DNA of 64,000 bases from positions 7,562 through 71,561 of the forward strand of contig JAPPIK010000015.1 in the NCBI GenBank assembly GCA_028820655.1, written 5' to 3'. The translations under genes were made by a program, and so were the position numbers. Below the pieces are notes generated by a model. The model searched no databases and had not been told where the DNA came from. It saw only the letters and a program-made list of their open reading frames with translations. Positions 29,859 to 41,200 of this stretch are shown one piece after another. The stretch comes from Candidatus Poribacteria bacterium. GTDB lineage: Bacteria; Poribacteria; WGA-4E; JAJDTR01. How positions within the stretch are numbered: the first letter of the stretch is position 1; the number at the start of each line of letters is the position of its first letter.

Positions 29859-30084
29859 CGCGGCAATCTTACGGTGCGGCTCTCCACTTTGTAAAATCGT
29901 CGGAAGCGCCAAATAAACTGTCATTGAGGACTGCTACATTCTTAGTTCGACTTTGTATATCTGCAGCATGAGGACGATTGAGTGGACAAATCAAGAATTC
30001 AAGCAACTGGCACTTCATCTCGTTTTAACGGTTCCTGATAGAGAGTCGTTACCGCAACGTTCTGCGGCCGAGGAGTCTTGTCAA

Positions 30085-31251
30085 ATGAAAATCACAAACG
30101 TTGAAGCGATCCCCAGCGCCTCGCCCGCGACGAATCTTCGCGGCGCGCGAAGCAACTACGTCTACGTCAAGGTTTCGACAGACGAGGGTATTACCGGATG
30201 GGGGGAGTCAACATGCGGACCGTTGTCTGTCGCGAATGTGGTTGAGGAAATCGGAGCGACGCTCGTCGGGGAGGAGGCGTTCCGCATCGAGCAAAATTGG
30301 CAGCGTCTCTACCACCTCTACCACAACGTGCGCGGCGGCGTGATTCAGATGGCGGCGATCAGCGGGATAGAGATCGCCCTTTGGGACATCAAAGGCAAGG
30401 CGCTCGGCGTTCCCGTGTGGGAACTGTTGGGCGGTCAGATGCGCGATCGAATCTGGACATATGGGCGCTTTGACGGGGATACGCCCGAGTTGGCGGTGGA
30501 GAGGGCGCTGCGGGAGGTTGAAACGGGCTTGACCGCGCTGAAGGGCGACCCCTTCGGTCACCAGGGGCTGTTCATCACGCCGGAGGCGGAACGGGACGCC
30601 ATCGCAAAGGTGAAGGCTGTTCGGGAGGCGGTCGGAGATGATGTCGAGTTGCTGGTCGAAGTTCACGGCCGGCTTACACCAGCTTCGGCAATCCGCATCG
30701 GCAATCTCCTTGAAGAGTTCCGCCCGTTCGTGTATGAAGAACCGGTTCCGCCCCAAAATGTGGATGCGATGGCGAAAGTCGCCGAAGCCGTGAATATTCC
30801 GCTCGCAACCGGAGAGCGGCTTTATACGAAATGGGGGTTCGTCGAGCTCCTTGAAAAGCAGGTCGTGGCGATGATCCAGCCGGACGTTTGCCACGCCGGC
30901 GGAATCTCCGAGTTGAAGAAAATCGCTGCGATGGCCGAGGCGTATTACGTCGGCATTCAACCCCACAACCCCTACGGTCCTATCAACACGATGGCGGCGC
31001 TGCAGGTCGATGTGTGCACGCCGAATTTCATGATTCAAGAGGGTGGTCACGCGCCTTGGTTTGAGCAAGTCGTCGTCGGGGGGTTCCCACGCCAGAGGGA
31101 GGGCTATTTCGATGTCCCCACCGCGCCCGGGATCGGGGTTGAAATGGACGAGAAAGTGCTGCGCGCAAATCCGCCGGTAGAGACGCGCACGCCCGAGGGC
31201 TATCTCCGCGGGGCGCCGTGGCAGTCTAAGCAGGGGAACCGTTGGATTTGA
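30085..31251 (+). CDS. Mandelate racemase/enolase family, galactonate dehydratase-like
   Basis: IEIALWDIKGK, EVHGR, YEEP, TGERL, QPD, PHNP; start MKITNV. Confidence 0.88.
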   Translation: MKITNVEAIPSASPATNLRGARSNYVYVKVSTDEGITGWGESTCGPLSVANVVEEIGATLVGEEAFRIEQNWQRLYHLYHNVRGGVIQMAAISGIEIALWDIKGKALGVPVWELLGGQMRDRIWTYGRFDGDTPELAVERALREVETGLTALKGDPFGHQGLFITPEAERDAIAKVKAVREAVGDDVELLVEVHGRLTPASAIRIGNLLEEFRPFVYEEPVPPQNVDAMAKVAEAVNIPLATGERLYTKWGFVELLEKQVVAMIQPDVCHAGGISELKKIAAMAEAYYVGIQPHNPYGPINTMAALQVDVCTPNFMIQEGGHAPWFEQVVVGGFPRQREGYFDVPTAPGIGVEMDEKVLRANPPVETRTPEGYLRGAPWQSKQGNRWI

Positions 31252-31353
31252 ATCATCAAGTACCGTGGGTTTCTATCTAAGGAACACCTGTAATTTTGAG
31301 ACGCCGGTTCTTTATCAATCTCGCGAAAAGAAAGGACGAGATACAGCGACGTT

Positions 31354-32214
31354 ATGGTAAAGCTCACGCCCGACGACATTCGATTCTTTAGAGATGAGGG
31401 TTATGTCATCAAACGCAAGGTCATGGACGAGGATTTGATGACGCAGGCACGCGATAGACTGTGGGACAAACCGCCTCCCGGCATCGACCGAAACGACCCG
31501 AACACGTGGCGCGGCCCGATTCAAGCGCCGGAAGACAGGAAAAAACTGCCACGATCTGCCGAGATAGACTACACGTTTGACGGTTGGGCTTTGCCCAATC
31601 CGCCGTCGCACAACGATGAATATTCCACCGTGGATGGCACTTCCTGGAAATACCGGACGATCGGCACCGAGGACTTCTTGGTGCGAATGATTCTCACGGA
31701 TGTATCCATCTGGGGGATGGCTGAACAGTTGCTCGGCAATGGAAGTCTTGCCGTTCCGGCACGCACCCGCGGCATCTATTGCCGCTTTCCCCAACCTGAC
31801 ATTCCCGTGGAACCTCTCAAACCGCATATCGACGGCCATGAATTCCATTTGGGCGTGCTTGGGTTCATCGATGACGTGCCGGCAAACGGCGGCGGGTTCA
31901 CCATTTGGCCAAAGAGCCACCGCGTTTTCTATTATCAGCATCTCACGCAGTATGGAGGGGACAAGGCTGACACGTACGATGAACACTACGACTTACTCAA
32001 GGGACAAACAGTCATCGAGTGCTGCGGGGAAGCGGGGGACATTGTTTTCTTTCATCACAGACTGGCACACGCGGGAAACCCGCCGAACTATTCTCTCAAG
32101 ATTCGCAAAGCTATCATTGGCGACCTGATTAAAAAGGATCTCAAAGAGAAGCTGGATGAGCCTCCCTGCGATGACATGTGGCGAGATTGGCCCGGGATAG
32201 CGACAGACGGATAG
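31354..32214 (+). CDS. PhyH family dioxygenase, tandem paralog 1
   Basis: PHID, GGFTIWPKSH, AGDIVFFHHRLAH. Confidence 0.9.
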   Translation: MVKLTPDDIRFFRDEGYVIKRKVMDEDLMTQARDRLWDKPPPGIDRNDPNTWRGPIQAPEDRKKLPRSAEIDYTFDGWALPNPPSHNDEYSTVDGTSWKYRTIGTEDFLVRMILTDVSIWGMAEQLLGNGSLAVPARTRGIYCRFPQPDIPVEPLKPHIDGHEFHLGVLGFIDDVPANGGGFTIWPKSHRVFYYQHLTQYGGDKADTYDEHYDLLKGQTVIECCGEAGDIVFFHHRLAHAGNPPNYSLKIRKAIIGDLIKKDLKEKLDEPPCDDMWRDWPGIATDG

Positions 32215-32245
32215 TCCAGAATAAAGGATAGGATACAGCGACGTT

Positions 32246-33106
32246 ATGGGTAAACTCACGCCCGATGAAATCCGGTTCTTTCGAGACGAAGGTTATGTCA
32301 TCAAACGCAAGGTCATGGACGAGAGTTTGATGGCGCGGGCGCGCGAAAGACTGTGGGACAACCCTCCGCCCGGCATTGAGCGAAACGACCCGAGTACGTG
32401 GCGCGGCCCGATTCAAGCGCCTGAAAATAGCCAGAAACTCCCACGATCACCCGAGACGGACTATTTGTTTGACGGTTGGACCATACCCAATCCTCCGTCG
32501 CATAACGATCAATATGGCGCCGTGGACGGCATTTGCTGGAGATATCGGACACTCGGCACGGAAAAATTCTTGGTGCAGATGCTTCTCACGGATGCATCTA
32601 TCTGGGGGATGGCTGAACAGTTGCTAGGAACGGGATGGCTTGCGGCGCCAAGCCGCACGCGTGGTATCTATTGCCGGTTTCCGCAGGGGGGTATTCCGGT
32701 TGAACCCCTCAAACCGCATACCGACGGCCACGAATTCCATTTGGGCGTGGTCGGGTTTATAGATGACGTGCCTCCGAACGGCGGCGGATTTACCATCTAT
32801 CCAAGGAGCCACCGCGACTTCTATTATCAGCATATAACGCACTATGGACGGGAAAAGACCGATACTTACGATGAGTACTATGATCTGCTCAAGGAACAGA
32901 GAGCCACCGAGTGCTATGGGGAAGCGGGGGATATTGTACTTTTTCATCACAGACTGGCACATGCGGGAAATCCGCCCAACCATTCTCTCCAAATTCGCAA
33001 AGCCGCGTTAGGGGATCTGGTGAGAAAGGACCTCAGGGATAAGCTGGATGAACCGCCCTGCGAGAACATGTGGCGAGACTGGCCCGGGATACCGGCAGAT
33101 GGATAG
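32246..33106 (+). CDS. PhyH family dioxygenase, tandem paralog 2
   Basis: PHTD, same length and collinear with paralog 1; many synonymous differences. Confidence 0.9.
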   Translation: MGKLTPDEIRFFRDEGYVIKRKVMDESLMARARERLWDNPPPGIERNDPSTWRGPIQAPENSQKLPRSPETDYLFDGWTIPNPPSHNDQYGAVDGICWRYRTLGTEKFLVQMLLTDASIWGMAEQLLGTGWLAAPSRTRGIYCRFPQGGIPVEPLKPHTDGHEFHLGVVGFIDDVPPNGGGFTIYPRSHRDFYYQHITHYGREKTDTYDEYYDLLKEQRATECYGEAGDIVLFHHRLAHAGNPPNHSLQIRKAALGDLVRKDLRDKLDEPPCENMWRDWPGIPADG

Positions 33107-33109
33107 TGG

Positions 33110-33665
33110 AGATTGGAAGGGGGGAAAGTAGTGGCCAGTGACCAGTGGGGAAGGGAAGAAGACAGGAAGAATGGAAGGGGGAAATGCAGTGACCAGTGCC
33201 TAGTGGCCAGTGGGAACGAGGGAAAACGGGGAGACCGGTAACGGGACAGGAGGAGGGATTGTCTGAATGACGGATTACGGGGATCTCTACCGCGCTCGCT
33301 ATTCACTCGCTTGCTGGATTACACGGATTGGGAAGGATCGGCGGCGGCGAGGGGTGGAACCGAGGATTTGATGGCGGTTTGTCCTGCAGATTAGCCGGAC
33401 ACACGGCACTCCGCTGGAGTGAAAACCTTCTACGACGGAACACCTTCTCAAAGCCTGTCATATATCAAAAGACGAGTGTAACTTGCTGAATGAGTTATAC
33501 CGACAGGGATAATGGCGTGCTATCAAGTAACACTTATTCAGAGCTAGCCATAGAACGAAATATGAGTGACTCTTGATGATGCACTATACACATTGGGGAT
33601 CTCTATCGCATTCACTACTCGCTCATTTGATCTATCCGCTCAGTTGATCCCATGCCGGGGCTTAA
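33110..33665 (+). repeat. Repeat cluster: purine-rich short tandem motifs, family A in GGATTACAC repeat, family B, family A in CTATACAC..GGGGCT element
   Basis: agtggccagtgaccagt; cggattac[A]ggattacacggatt; ctatacacatt[A]cccatgccggggct. Confidence 0.8.
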
Positions 33666-33992
33666 GTGAGCGGGCAACGACGTTGCTATATACCTTTCGC
33701 GCCACTGGTGCTTCCGAAGGCTGGTGCGCAAGAGGTTCTCAATCACCCTTTTATTCAATCGGTCAGTCGCACGCTATAAAGTAGGCAGAATAACCCAACT
33801 CAACAATGACCTCCAACTCAACCTAAACCGCTTGCGGTATTAATCAATTTTGTTCAAACTAATATGGTTGCATTTTTTTCTCGAGTCCAACCTCTCCAAG
33901 TTTTCTCAAGAAAGTCTCATTGTTCATAGCAAAAAAGATAAGACTGGATCATAAGAGTTACCAATCGAGTTTCAAGACTACTCATCTACAAT

Positions 33993-34292
33993 CTAGTCAT
34001 ATGGATTTGACATTATGACATTGTAGATTATAGCATTCTTGTAAACACAAGTGGAGAAATCATCAACTACCCACCCCAACTTTGCCCACTTGTTTATCTT
34101 GGTTCTGAGTCTTTCAGGAAAATGCCTATTGGCATTTGGTACAATTATGTCATTGCTAGATATTATCTCTATGTGCCCCACAACCCTGTATTCCTCTGTA
34201 TTGCTTTCCGATTGTGAGAAAATCTCTTGGTTGAAAAGAAAACAGGCTATCAGTACCAAAGCCACCGTGATTGCTAACGCAACTCTCTTCAT
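33993..34292 (-). CDS. Small exported hypothetical protein
   Basis: Signal-like N-terminus, GGAGG RBS, lower GC. Confidence 0.65.
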   Translation of the reverse strand: MKRVALAITVALVLIACFLFNQEIFSQSESNTEEYRVVGHIEIISSNDIIVPNANRHFPERLRTKINKWAKLGWVVDDFSTCVYKNAIIYNVIMSNPYD

Positions 34293-34419
34293 GATCTGCC
34301 TCCATTTTAGGTCAATGGTTTATTGAGAAGTTTTCAATTCCTCCCCAACCCTTAAAGGTATGGTGAGCGACGGCCACCCTAACATATGTACAAAGTCGAA
34401 CTCAGTTAACTAAACCTAC

Positions 34420-34830
34420 CCTCTGACATTGCACTCCTCTGGAGTGAAAACCCTTCTACGAAGGAACACCTTCTCAAAGCCTGTCATAGATTCAAAGACG
34501 TAGTGTTACTTGCTGAAAGAATCATTCCGAGAGGGATAATGGGGTGCTACGAAGTAACACTCGACATTGCCGGGATCTCTATCGCGGTCGTAATCCACTC
34601 CCTTGATCCGCTGGAGTGCAGGAATTGGGTTCGTCGCCTTTTTCGGAAATTTGGGATCTCTATCGCAGAATTTGCTATCGCGCGCACAATTCGCTTGCTT
34701 GATCTCTATATTTAGTCGCTTGATTGCGCCTTACAAGGAATGGTGGGCAGGGGATTCGCTATCGCGCTCGCTAATCACTCGTTTGATTTCACCCTACAAC
34801 TTATCAGTCGCTTGATCCGCCGGAGTGCAT
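34420..34830 (+). repeat. Dense REP cluster with four family A insertions
   Basis: gacattgc[A]tccgctggagtgca; ggtgggcag[A]caccctac; others at ~34653-34725 and ~34800-34817. Confidence 0.88.
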
Positions 34831-34972
34831 GAGATGGAAAATCTCTGCCAAAGTTGACCAAGGCGCTAAAAACAAGAGTTACTTGCCTGAAAGAATCATT
34901 CCAAAAGAATTGTTGGAGTGCTCTCAAACGTAGGGGAACGCGCTTTTGCGGGGTTTGTCGAAGCGACCGCGG

Positions 34973-36031
34973 TCATTGTTTTTGGTCGGGGAACGGCTTG
35001 CGAATATCGTAACGCCCCTCCTCGAGAATCGGAAGTGTGCCGTCTGCCACCATTAACTCCAGCGGCGATTCTCTTGTTTCGAGCGGCATGGTGACCACGT
35101 TCTTGATGCGCAGCGACTCGTATATCGCCATCAGGATTTCCATGGTGTACCGCGCCTGGCGACCGCTGCTCCGGTGCTCGGGAACCTTGCCCTCCATCCA
35201 ATCCGTCAACTCTTGGTACTGGTTGGTCTCCTCAGGGGGCGGCTGAATCGTTTGCCATCCGTTCGCCTTCTCGTTCCAGAGCAGAATCTGGCCGTCTTCG
35301 CCCTCCGTGATTCTGCCTTCGGTGCCGGATATGTGGGGTATAGGCGCGCTCGGTTCGGGAAGGTCGCTCTCGTAAAGACCCCGAGTGCCGCCCTCAAAGC
35401 AGATCAAGCCCATGCACAGATCCTCGCAGCGGCTCCGGCGCTCCTACCGGTCGGTAGTGCGCGAGGTTTGCCCAATCACCCAAAGCGTCTCCGGGTCGGA
35501 CAGAATGTAGCGCCACCTATCAACGGCATGAGTGCCTATGTTGAGCAATCCCGCCTTCGGCTTTGACCGACTATAGACCAGCGTCGGTTGGCCGATGGCG
35601 CCGTCAGCCACAAGCCGCCGGATTTCGGTGCGCGGCGGGGTGAACCGTGATTGATGCCCGATTGCGAGTTTCGCGCCTTTGCGTTCGCACGCTTCAATCA
35701 TGTCATCGGCTTCGCCCAGCGAGGCCGCCATCGGTTTCTCACCGATGATGCCTTTGATTCCCGCGTTCGCCGCCGCGATGGTAATCTCCGCCCGAACCCC
35801 CTGCCATGTCGGTATGCTGACAATGTCGAGATCCTCGTTTCTAAACATCTCGTTATAGTCGGTATAGACGGCGGGAATGGAAAACTCTTCGGCAACCTTC
35901 CGTGCCACCTCTTCGTTGACATCCGCCGCCGCGACAAGCTCAGCTCCCGGATGATCTGTCCAAGCGAGTGAATGGTGGCGTCCCATGCCTCCGCAGCCCA
36001 CCACTCCGACGCGGTACGTTTTTCCCATCAC
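34973..36031 (-). pseudogene. Gfo/Idh/MocA oxidoreductase split by one in-frame TAG at 35444-35446
   Basis: GCGGMG, GEKPMA, GHQSRF; ...TTDR*ERRSRCEDLCMG... continues in the same frame. Confidence 0.85.
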
Positions 36032-36134
36032 TATGTTCCTCCTTCGTTAAACGCCTTAGAGCATGTTTGAATAATCAGTAGCAAAGCCATTTTTTTCACT
36101 TATAGGAAGTTTTTTCATGTATTTATTGTTGTCT

Positions 36135-36350
36135 GTCACCTACCTGTGGGATCTCTACCGCGCTCGCTATCCACTCGCTTGCTGGATCTCTATCGCACTC
36201 GTTATCCACTCGCTTGATCCCCGCTGGGGCTTGGTGCACGGGGCTTTGGGCGTTTCTATACACCTTCAAGATCTCTATCGCACTCACTATCCGTTCGCTT
36301 GATCCCCTCTGGGGCTTTTAGGGGCCGGTGCGCAGTGCGCACCCTACAAA
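36135..36350 (+). repeat. REP cluster with family A insertions (2 units + 1 unit)
   Basis: acctacctgt[A][A]ccccgctggggct; ctatacacctt[A]cccctctggggct; GGTGCGCAGTGCGCACCCTAC intact. Confidence 0.88.
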
Positions 36351-36543
36351 ATGTACTTTTCAAACAGGCTCTTAATTTGGCTAGTACTCATGTTTCCCGT
36401 TGACACGTTAATTCACGATTCTCTAGAGACAGCGGAATTTGGCGTAATCCGGTCAGGTGTTACAATAGAGGCTGCCCGTTGTTCATCCTCTCTGTTCTGA
36501 AGACAAAATCGGGGTTAAGCGGGATCGGGCGGGTTGTGTCGTC

Positions 36544-37215
36544 TTATTCGGGTAGAATGCACTCGGCCGAATCGTTTTTCGGCTGATTGACCCGACGTGA
36601 AACCGCGTATGCCGTCATCTCCTCCGCAGGATACGGCGCAAGAAGGTGATTCAGTTCGGCAGGTGTCTGTTCGGTGGGATTCAACCACTGTGCATAATTT
36701 TCTTCATCCAGAATGACGGGCATCCGGTGGTGAATCCGCTCCAACATCTCGTTGGGCGGGCAGGTGATGATTGTGCAAGACAGCAGGCTAGTATCTTCTC
36801 CCGCTTGCCGCCAGGATTCCCAAAGCCCGGCGAACGCGAAGGGTTTCTCGGATGCCATCCGGATATAGTAGGGCGTTTTCGGTCCCCGATCCGTCTCCCG
36901 CCGCCACTCATAATAGCCGTCCGCCAAGACGAGACAACGCCGGCGTTTGTATGCTGTTCGGAAGGACGGTTTCTCGGCGAGAGTCTCAGATCTCGCATTG
37001 ATCATTCGAGAACCGATCTTCGGGTCTTTAGCCCAAGAAGGGATCAAACCCCACCGAAAAAAATCTATTCTGTTCTCGCCGTTGTTCGGGGCTACCGCGA
37101 CGCCTTGGGTCGGCGCGATATTGTAGCGCGGCGAAAAGTCGTCGGGAATTTCGAATCCGGGCAGAGTTTCTGCCAAGCTGGCAGGCGTCGCTGCGAGCGT
37201 GTAGCGGCCGCACAT
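36544..37215 (-). CDS. SOS response-associated peptidase (SRAP/HMCES/YedK family)
   Basis: MCGRY, PRYNIAPTQ, WGLIPSW, INARSET, HHRMPVIL. Confidence 0.96.
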   Translation of the reverse strand: MCGRYTLAATPASLAETLPGFEIPDDFSPRYNIAPTQGVAVAPNNGENRIDFFRWGLIPSWAKDPKIGSRMINARSETLAEKPSFRTAYKRRRCLVLADGYYEWRRETDRGPKTPYYIRMASEKPFAFAGLWESWRQAGEDTSLLSCTIITCPPNEMLERIHHRMPVILDEENYAQWLNPTEQTPAELNHLLAPYPAEEMTAYAVSRRVNQPKNDSAECILPE

Positions 37216-37317
37216 AAGCATCTCCGTTACGGTTGGATTATTTTCTGTTTTTTTGGCTCATCTATCGCCGGAGGATTTCATTATAGCACATCCAAAAATT
37301 CATGCCGATTTTTTTTC

Positions 37318-37347
37318 TTGACTAACTTAACATATGTGTGGTATTGT
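37318..37347 (+). promoter_or_regulatory. Putative promoter/operator for imuB-dnaE2
   Basis: TTGACT-18-TATTGT with near-palindrome AACATATGTG in spacer. Confidence 0.5.
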
Positions 37348-37413
37348 GTCTTATTATTGGTTGGGGTGGAGGAAAACAACCCTATTTACACATGCTTAAA
37401 GCGGAGATTGGTT

Positions 37414-38199
37414 ATGTTCGCGTGCCTGCTCGTCGACAATTGTGACGAGTTCTCTATTCAAGTCGGCGAGTTGCTGGCTTTCTATTCATCAAAATGGGAA
37501 CTTGGGGATGGCGGCGTCATTTATACCGATTTCGACAGTATCGGTGATCGAATCAAAGTCTTGATTTATGAACTGGAACTTCGAGAGATACAGGTCCGTA
37601 TAGGCGTTGCTCCGACGCGCTTCACCAGCTTCGTCGCCGCCCACGCCGCCGCCCTTGAAACGCCTCTCTTCATATCACCGGCGCAGCTCGAAGCCTTCTT
37701 GGTGGACCAAAGCGTTTCATATCTCCCAATCTCCGGCGAGAACCGAGAACGGTTGGAGATGTTAGGGCTGCGGACATTAGGTCAGGTTGCACGCATTGAT
37801 GTCCGCGAACTTGTCAATCAGTTCGGACGGGAGGGCCAATTCATGTCGGAATTGGCGCGGGGAATAGATTCGACGCCGCTGCCATCCCAACGGCCATCCA
37901 TTGGCGCAGACAGAGCGGCTTGGCAGTTGGGCGTCTGGGACGATCCGGAACATGTCAAACCTCACAGACGACCTGTCCCGATAGCCGTCATCCTTGACGA
38001 CAGGGGATATCCACAGGCGCGTCTTATCGATGGCATGGAACTCTTCATTACGGATATTGTCGACCTCTGGACAATCGAGAATCAGTGGTGGACGGAGCAG
38101 AAAACAAGCTGTGAATACTTCGAGGTGGTTGAATTGGGGGCAGAATCAACTTCCATACTCTGCCACGATCTTGACCATGGCGAATGGTACATGCACTAA
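37414..38199 (+). CDS. imuB: Short ImuB-like inactive Y-family polymerase with C-terminal Trp-rich (DUF6504-like) domain
   Basis: MFACL, RIGVAPTRFTS..AA, LE.LGLRTLGQVA, FGREG..LARGID; tail W.IENQWW...EYFEV...L.HD...GEW; directly upstream of dnaE2. Confidence 0.7.
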   Translation: MFACLLVDNCDEFSIQVGELLAFYSSKWELGDGGVIYTDFDSIGDRIKVLIYELELREIQVRIGVAPTRFTSFVAAHAAALETPLFISPAQLEAFLVDQSVSYLPISGENRERLEMLGLRTLGQVARIDVRELVNQFGREGQFMSELARGIDSTPLPSQRPSIGADRAAWQLGVWDDPEHVKPHRRPVPIAVILDDRGYPQARLIDGMELFITDIVDLWTIENQWWTEQKTSCEYFEVVELGAESTSILCHDLDHGEWYMH

Positions 38200-38210
38200 G
38201 ATGGGACTTT

Positions 38211-41200
38211 ATGGAATACGCAGAACTTCACTGTCACAGTCATTACTCTTTCCTGAATGGGGCATCCGGTCCCGACGAGCTCGTGGAACAAGCGGTTAAG
38301 CTGGGGTTGAAGGGCCTGGCACTGACGGATGACGACGGGCTTTACGGCGTTATACCCTTCGTAAGAATATGCGAAGAACTCGGGTTGCCATATTGCGTCG
38401 GAGCATCAATTACAGTAGGACAGGATGACACGGAATTGGAGCCGCAGACGGGGCAACACGATGACGATCACATTGTTCTGCTGTGTCAGAACCTGACCGG
38501 CTATCACAATCTGTCGCAACTGATTACCCGCGCCCGGCACGCTCGTCCAAAGGGCGAAGCCAGAACGACGCTTGATGCAATCAACGAACTGTCGGAGGGA
38601 TTGATATGCCTCGTGGGCGGGCGGGATGGCAACATCCCGAAGCTGGTGCAAGATGATCAGGTTGGAAGAGCAAGCGCCGAAATCGAACCTTACCGCGAAA
38701 TCTTCGGCACGAATAGGCTCTATGTCGAACTCGTCAATCACCGTGAACCCGGCGATTTTGCCCGGTGTCGAAAATTGTATAAATTGGCATCCGAATCGGG
38801 CTTGGAATGTGTTGCCACAAACGGCGTTCGCTACGCCAGCCGGGATAAAGCCACGCTATACGACGTGTTGCGGTGCATCGCCCACAAAGTGACGCTGGAC
38901 AAATCCGACGCCATCCGTCCGCAAAACCACCAGCGCTATCTCAAAAATGCTGACGCCATGGGAATACTGTTTGCCGAAATACCGAACGCGATAAAGAACA
39001 CGTCCCTTATTCTCGATCAGTGTCAGCTCGACTTGGATTTTACCGAGTACCGATTTCCCGATTTCTCGACGCCGGAAGGGCATACCGATGAATCCTATCT
39101 GATAACCCTCTGCGACGAACAACTCACCAAAAAGTACGAAGTAGTAACCGTAGAAGTCAAGGAGAGACTCAAGGAGGAGTTAAATCTCATCCTGCGATTG
39201 GACCTGGCGGGTTACTTCCTCGTGGTCTGGGATATTGTGGCGTTCGCACGGTCACGGCGGATCCCCGTTCAGGGCAGGGGTTCCGCAGCGAATTCGTTGG
39301 TGGCGTATCTGCTTGATATTACGCCTGTTGACCCGATTGCGCACAATCTGTTTTTCGGGCGATTTCTGAATGACGAGAAAAGCACCATCCCGGACATCGA
39401 TCTTGACTTCGCCGCCTCGCGGAACGCGCACCTCGCCGACAGGGAAGATGTCATCCAGTATGTCTACGAGAAGTACGGCTTCGATTATGTTGCATTGGCA
39501 TGCACCTTCATTACTTATCGAGTGCGGGGGGCGATCCGGGAAGTGGGAAAAGTATTCGGCGTTCCCAATCGTATTTTAGACAGGATGTCGCGCTTGGCAG
39601 AGAGCCGGAACGTGTCCTCCGCTTTTGATAAGATCGATGAAGTGGAAGAATTTGCGTCCTACGCCAGCCGCCCGATCTGGAAACACTTTCGCGAGCATGT
39701 CGAAGCGATTATCGGAACGCCTCGCCACCTATCGATGCATCCCGGCGGTATGGTGGTTACTTCCTGCAACCTCTCAACGCTCGTGCCGCTCGAACCTGCG
39801 CGTATGGAAGGCCGGCGCGTCTGCCAGTGGGATAAGGATATGATTGAGGACGCAGGCCTCATCAAAGTGGATCTCCTCGGTTTGGGGATGCTTGCCGTGG
39901 TGCGGGAAACCGTTGACTTGATTGCCGATGCCCACGGCGTTGACATTGACCTCGCCGCCCTCCCGTCCGGCGACCCAAACGTCTATGATATGCTGGCGGT
40001 TTCTGATGTTATCGGCGTGTTCCAAGTCGAATCTCGCGTACAAATGTCCACTTTGCCGCGCATCAAGCCGCGATCGATCGCCGAACTGGCGATCCAAATA
40101 GCGCTTATCCGACCGGGCCCGATCCAGGGAAACATGGTGTCGCCCTACCTCCTACGGAGAGCGAACAGAGAGGCGGTTCGATATCCGCACCCGCAACTTG
40201 AGAGTATTCTCAAGGAGACCTTGGGAGTCATCCTCTTTCAGGAACAAGTGCTCCAAGTCGTCTGTTGCATCGCCGGATATTCGCCAGGTCAAGCGGAGAA
40301 CCTCAGACGCAATTTGAACAAGACTCCGTCTAAGAAAGCGGTTGCCGAAATGCAAAGCGCATTTGTCGCATCAGCCATGCAGAACGGCGTGTCACGCCCC
40401 GACGCCACGAAGATCTTCGGCTATGTCGCAGGATTTGCGGGATACGGGTTTTGCAAGTCTCACGCACTCTCGTTTGCACATCTCGTTTATCAAGCCGCTT
40501 GGCTGAAATGTTATTATCCCGACGCTTTTCTTGCGGCGCTCCTGAACAATCAACCGCTCGGCTTTTATCCGACCGATGTGCTCATTAACGATGCAAAACG
40601 CCGATCCATTCGAATCTTGCCTGTAGACGTGAACCAAAGCGAGGCGCGTTGTACTGTCGAAAGCAAGGGAGCGGTGCGTTTGAGCCTTACTTGCGTTAAA
40701 GGACTCAGTTTAGCCAAAGCTCAACGGGTGGAAGCCGCTCGCCGCACGGGGGAATTTGTCTCCATAGAGGATTTCGTTCGGCGCACGGAACTCGATTGTG
40801 CGACGATTGAACGGTTGGTTGCCGCCGGCGCCTGCGACGGTTACAACCTGCCCCGACGAAAGCTTCTCTGGCAGCTCTGGATACTTGATCGATGGCGCGA
40901 ACACAACCTCGCCATCGAACCGGAACTTGCGTGTCCGGATCTTCCGGAACTGAACGCGTGGGAGGAACTTAATTGGGAATACGCCGCACAGGATTGTTCG
41001 GCACGCGCTCATCCCATGCAACTCATGCGGGCGAGGCTCAAAAGCTACGTATGTCCGAGTGATAAATTGAAGGGGCTGAGGGATGGGGTCAGGGTAACCG
41101 TGGCCGGGCTTGTGGTGTGCCTGCAACGGCCGCCCACCGCGAAGGGGTTCGCCTTTCTAGTGGTAGAGGACGAGGACAGCTTAATTAACGTGGTTATTAC

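Noticed and set aside
36646-37413. N-terminal 256 codons of the 517-aa ORF
   Set aside because: Overlaps SRAP antisense and the promoter region; the real start is MFACL at 37414.
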